Shown here: piece by piece, positions 60,181 to 64,000 of the stretch
Layout of the letters: the number at the start of each line of letters is the position of its first letter
How positions within the stretch are numbered: the first letter of the stretch is position 1
DNA from: Cyanobacteria bacterium J06626_4
Lineage (GTDB): Bacteria; Cyanobacteriota; Cyanobacteriia; Phormidesmidales; Phormidesmidaceae
Length of the DNA stretch: 64,000 bases
Assembly: GCA_038523235.1 (NCBI GenBank)
Contig: JBCBJQ010000006.1
Coordinates: 32,001-96,000 of the forward strand
Reading direction: 5' to 3'
Translations under genes and position numbers: made by a program
Notes under the pieces: generated by a model
What the model was told of the DNA's origin: nothing
The model's database searches: none
Seen by the model: the letters and a program-made list of their open reading frames with translations, nothing else

Positions 60181-60387
60181 ATGAATCCTCATCTGCTACG
60201 TCAGCTGTGGGCTTTAATCGAAAGCTCTCAAAGTCATCGGATCTTGAGCCTAGACGACAGCAGCTTGGTACATTGGCTGACCGACCAAGTCTCTGGCGAA
60301 CGCTCCCTTGACTCGATTGAGACGGATAGTCTTAACTGCTATATCCGCAGCCGCATTCCCCTGATTAGAGATATCGCCCAAAGCTAA
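60181..60387 (+). CDS. Hypothetical protein
   Basis: MNPHLLRQLW...LDD..LV.WL...YI..R.PLIRDIA; ATG start. Confidence 0.7.
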   Translation: MNPHLLRQLWALIESSQSHRILSLDDSSLVHWLTDQVSGERSLDSIETDSLNCYIRSRIPLIRDIAQS

Positions 60388-60728
60388 GGCTGTGGCCGTT
60401 TGAGTTGCCGCCGTATGGTTCGCATACCTCATTTTCAGCGCTTAGTTAATGGCGTGAACGCCGGCCCGGTCATACGGGTCTGCCAATGGCCAGTTGGGGG
60501 CGGGTTGGGACTCCCTGCGACTCGGACAATTAGCGTCCATAGACTGGTTATCTGCCCGCGATGGAAAAGTTAACCTCCGCGATCGTCCGTCATCTTCAAG
60601 ATTGCTTGATGGGCGGTTGAGGCCTCATCCGCAGCCGCCGGTGCCGCCCACTAGCGGTCACGATAATTTTTAGACAGTCTCTAAAATTACCCACATTCAC
60701 CGCAGGTCACGCACACAAACCCCAAAAC

Positions 60729-60742
60729 GTGTTCTACGATAC
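60729..60742. promoter_or_regulatory. NtcA-box candidate
   Basis: GTG-TTCTACGA-TAC with A-rich flanks upstream of the amino-acid binding-protein gene; -10 element weak. Confidence 0.4.
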
Positions 60743-60871
60743 AAAAACATTTCGTCATGCATTGGAATGTTAAGCGAGATTAGCCTACTTGCTGACGGCA
60801 ATAGTGCTGCTTTCATTGAAAGTAGCCGTGCCAAGCATGTGTTTGTGATGAGTTAGTAAGGTGTGTGAATA

Positions 60872-61954
60872 ATGAAAAAATGGGGCTTTTTGGGACTGGC
60901 ACTTGCCCTGACCCTGACCGCAGCCTGTGGCGGTGCAACGACTGATACTGCCGCTGATGGTGGTGATGGCGCTGATGGCGCTGAAACCACGGCTGCTGAT
61001 GGCGGTAGTCGGCTAGATGCAGTCATTGCCCGAGGGCAACTGGTCTGCGGTGTTGACGGCGGTATTCCTGGATTTAGTTTTGTTGATGAAGGCGGTACTT
61101 ATTCGGGTCTAGACGTTGATGTTTGTCGCGCCGTAGCGGCGGCCCTATTCGATGATCCAGATGCCGTTGAATATCGTCGTCTCGACTCGACCGAGCGATT
61201 CACTGCCCTGTCTGGCGGTGAAGTTGATATGCTCTCTCGCAACACCACTTGGACGGTGAGCCGTGATACTCAAGTGGGTATGGAGTTTGCTCCCACGACC
61301 TTCTATGACGGTCAAGGCATGATGGTGCGTACTGATGCCGGCATTGCTACCTTAGAAGACTTTGGCGGCAAAGCGGTTTGTGTTGAAACCGGTACCACAA
61401 CTGAGCTGAACTTGACCGACCAAATGCGGAAGCTAGGCGTCGAGTTTGAGCCGGTGGTGTTTCAGGATGCAGACGCGGCCTATGCAGCCTATGACGAAGG
61501 TCGATGCGAAGGCATGACCTCAGACAAGTCACAGCTCATTGCCCGTCGGAGCACTCTGCCCAGCCCCGATGACCATACGCTGTTAGAAGTCACGATGTCT
61601 AAAGAGCCCCTAGGGCCGTTGACTGTGAACAACGACTCGGCCTGGTTTGACGTGGTGAAATGGGTGACCTATGGCCTCTTCCAAGCTGAAGAGTTTGGCA
61701 TCACTTCTGCCAATATTGGTGATTTTGCCGGTAGTGATGATCCCAACATTGCTCGCTTCCTCGGTGAAGAGGGCACTCTCGGCGACGACATGGGGATTTC
61801 GAACGACTTTATGGCTCGGGTCGTCACCCACGTGGGTAACTATGGCGAAATCTATGAAAGCAACCTGGGACAAGACTCCCAGTTTGGCCTTGAGCGCGGT
61901 CAAAATGCGCTCTGGACCGAAGGTGGCTTGATGTACTCGCCCCCCTTCCGTTAA
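60872..61954 (+). CDS. Amino-acid ABC substrate-binding lipoprotein (AapJ/BztA/NatF-like)
   Basis: Lipobox TAAC; RGQLVCGV, LSRNTTWT, SKEPLGP, VGNYGEIY, YSPPFR. Confidence 0.92.
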   Translation: MKKWGFLGLALALTLTAACGGATTDTAADGGDGADGAETTAADGGSRLDAVIARGQLVCGVDGGIPGFSFVDEGGTYSGLDVDVCRAVAAALFDDPDAVEYRRLDSTERFTALSGGEVDMLSRNTTWTVSRDTQVGMEFAPTTFYDGQGMMVRTDAGIATLEDFGGKAVCVETGTTTELNLTDQMRKLGVEFEPVVFQDADAAYAAYDEGRCEGMTSDKSQLIARRSTLPSPDDHTLLEVTMSKEPLGPLTVNNDSAWFDVVKWVTYGLFQAEEFGITSANIGDFAGSDDPNIARFLGEEGTLGDDMGISNDFMARVVTHVGNYGEIYESNLGQDSQFGLERGQNALWTEGGLMYSPPFR

Positions 61955-62453
61955 TGCTTTAGCGGTCGTCCGCTAGCCTCGAAGAGATTCGTCTCTCAGC
62001 GTTAAGAACGCTGCTTTACCCAGGTTTGCAATGTTTTGCAGACCTGGGTATTTTGTTGCTTAAAGAGTCCAGCTTGCACCGGGCCGCGATCGCAACGCTC
62101 AGCCCTCGAATACCTGAGGACATCTGGGCAGCGCCGAAGAGTCCAGAGGCGAAGATTGACTGTCTTATTTCAGAAAATTGTCGGAGGACTGCCAGCCATC
62201 AGCTCGGGAACAAAGGCATCAAAACCATATCGCCAATCGCAGGTCAATCAAGCCCCGCCAGATTGCGGCAATCTTGATTCCTAATTGGGCGTTCCGACCG
62301 CCATAGGCCGTAGGGTCTGGCCTGGCTCAAAGGGTATTCTGCCATTCACCTTGACCGCTGAATTCAAGCCCAAAAAAATCCCCCAAGCTGACGCATAGAA
62401 GTCAGATGGAGGATCGTTTGGTGTAGCCAAAAATTAGGTTTGAGTTGCTTTAT

Positions 62454-62570
62454 TTAGACATCGGGCAATTCGTCGCGCTCGATGTAAAGGAACAAAAACG
62501 CCATCGCAGCGGCGGGAAAAACGATGCCGACTAAAGGCACCAAAATGGAAGGAAGAAAAGAAGCTGCCAT
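62454..62570 (-). CDS. psaI: Photosystem I reaction centre subunit VIII
   Basis: Translated by hand (absent from the ORF track): [38 protein letters not shown]. Confidence 0.93.
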   Translation of the reverse strand: MAASFLPSILVPLVGIVFPAAAMAFLFLYIERDELPDV

Positions 62571-62843
62571 ATAAATATTCCTATCACTCAAAACAGTGCG
62601 AGAAGCCTGATAGCACTGAGTCAGCACTCAACGACTTCATCGATTAGCCTACTGTGAAACGGTCAGATATACTGCAATTTCTCAACATCGTCATGGCATT
62701 TCTTAACGTTTTGAGAACTTCGGCAAGACTGCGACCACAGCCTTAGTCGCGACCTCGCTGGGCCAGCGGCGGCATTCTCCTTCCCACCAGCGACCGTCTG
62801 GGGAACAGCTCTGCAGATCTCGGCAACCAGCCAGAGAGTCAGC

Positions 62844-63998
62844 CTAAATGACGTCATCATCATCGATGGCCGGCAGGTTGGCCGGGGCGATCGCACGCAC
62901 CAGGGTAGTTTTATAGCTCTCTTGTTGAGTCGCTAAGTCGATCGCGATCGCCTCAAAGGTCGCCTCAACACTGCCCAAGGGCACCTGCAATTTCAAAAAT
63001 GCCGTCTGCTCACCAGCGTCTGCCGGGGTCCAGTTCATCAGCCAGCGGGGCCGGTCTACCAACGTGCGACTTTGCATATCGGTGACCCATACCTTAACCG
63101 CTAATCGCCGCGGATAGGCCGGTAGGCGGATCGTGATGGGAAGCGGGTCACCGGCCACCAATTCACTTTGCGGCAAAACCAAAGTGGGAATGGGTACTGT
63201 CCCCAAATCTTCAAGATCGGGGTCTTCGGGGCGCAACACCTCAACGTAAGAAACTTCGGTCGCGGCTTCGGCATCGGGGGGGGAGGCAGCGCGTTCCTCA
63301 GATTCGTAAACGACCACCTCATAATTGGGCGGGCGATTGTTGATCGCGTCATCACTCTGGGACGGCTCACCGGCCAGCGATTGGGCAGCGGCAGTGGGGG
63401 CGCTGGGGAGTGCGAGCCCCGCCGCTTCGAGTTGGGCCTTGTGATCAGCGGCAGCTTTTTGTGCTTCTTCTGCCAGGGCACTAAGCCGGGTCCAGAAGCG
63501 ACTTTGATAATCTGGCTGAAATGTTGGCAGCGACTCTGCAGGGGCAGGCACCGAGGCGGCGGGTGAGGCGGCAGCTGGGGGCACCGGCTGGGGGCGCCGC
63601 GATCGCCCAAAGGCAGGCAACTCGACCACCGGGCTGGGCGGCGTTGGAGCGGGAGGACTGGTGGCCTCGGGGGTAGCTGGGGGTAGGGTGGAATCAGTCG
63701 CCGGTGGTTCAGGCGTGGCTGGGACTGGGGTCGGGCTAGCAGCTTTTTGGCGCTCACCAGACAGCAGCGGCAAACTGGGTGCCCCAATGGCTTTCTTATC
63801 TAGGGGCCGGTAGATGACAGGGGGTAAGGTCAGCCCAGTTGAGGGCAAGTAAACCAGCCGAAACGGAATTTCCCGAGGTGCTGGGGAGGCGATGTCGGGT
63901 TGGCGATCACCCTCGGCGTCTAGACTATCGTCCGTGAGGGTTGGTGAGCCGTCGGTTTCAGTGGCGGGCTCATCGGCGTCGCTCACCGCGTCGCCGAA
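62844..63998 (-). CDS. Pro/Ala-rich hypothetical protein, 5'-truncated by the window edge
   Basis: Frame is open to the window end; folded-looking C-terminal domain (VKVWVTD..RTLVDRPRWL). Confidence 0.7.
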   Translation of the reverse strand, partial: FGDAVSDADEPATETDGSPTLTDDSLDAEGDRQPDIASPAPREIPFRLVYLPSTGLTLPPVIYRPLDKKAIGAPSLPLLSGERQKAASPTPVPATPEPPATDSTLPPATPEATSPPAPTPPSPVVELPAFGRSRRPQPVPPAAASPAASVPAPAESLPTFQPDYQSRFWTRLSALAEEAQKAAADHKAQLEAAGLALPSAPTAAAQSLAGEPSQSDDAINNRPPNYEVVVYESEERAASPPDAEAATEVSYVEVLRPEDPDLEDLGTVPIPTLVLPQSELVAGDPLPITIRLPAYPRRLAVKVWVTDMQSRTLVDRPRWLMNWTPADAGEQTAFLKLQVPLGSVEATFEAIAIDLATQQESYKTTLVRAIAPANLPAIDDDDVI

Positions 63999-64000
63999 GG

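Overview
This is a 64 kb chromosomal window from a cyanobacterium. It carries psaI, abundant HIP1 GCGATCGC octamers, and DUF4327/DUF2605/DUF2973-like genes; a filamentous Leptolyngbya-like, possibly halotolerant host is an inference. Most of it is housekeeping: thrS, gltA, sixA, a DHH phosphoesterase, purU, ribD, a thioredoxin, ppsA, TrmH, infC, psaI, two ABC operons and an orphan amino-acid binding protein. Two accessory loci stand out. (1) A 13 kb minus-strand envelope cluster (28305-41528) encodes a small DUF11/SdrD-B adaptor, a large predicted outer-membrane beta-barrel, a beta-helix/OmpA protein and two tandem adhesin-like DUF11 proteins with divergent heads and near-identical stalks. Both adhesins end in a DUF11 domain truncated just before its Asn-bearing strand, and the adaptor's mature N-terminus matches the missing strands. 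This suggests a natural split-domain, SpyTag/SpyCatcher-like covalent surface-display system. (2) A Halothece/algal-type sedoheptulose-7-phosphate cyclase is paired with a DxD glycosyltransferase-like gene instead of the usual mycosporine genes. Also present are a NACHT NTPase with a repeat-derived segment, an NtcA-type promoter on a PotABCD-like transporter, a LexA-like box beside an atypical photolyase-family gene, a probable ATC start for infC, and MITE/REP-like repeats. I recognised no rRNA, tRNA, CRISPR array or transposase. All family names come from recognising motifs by eye, not from database searches.
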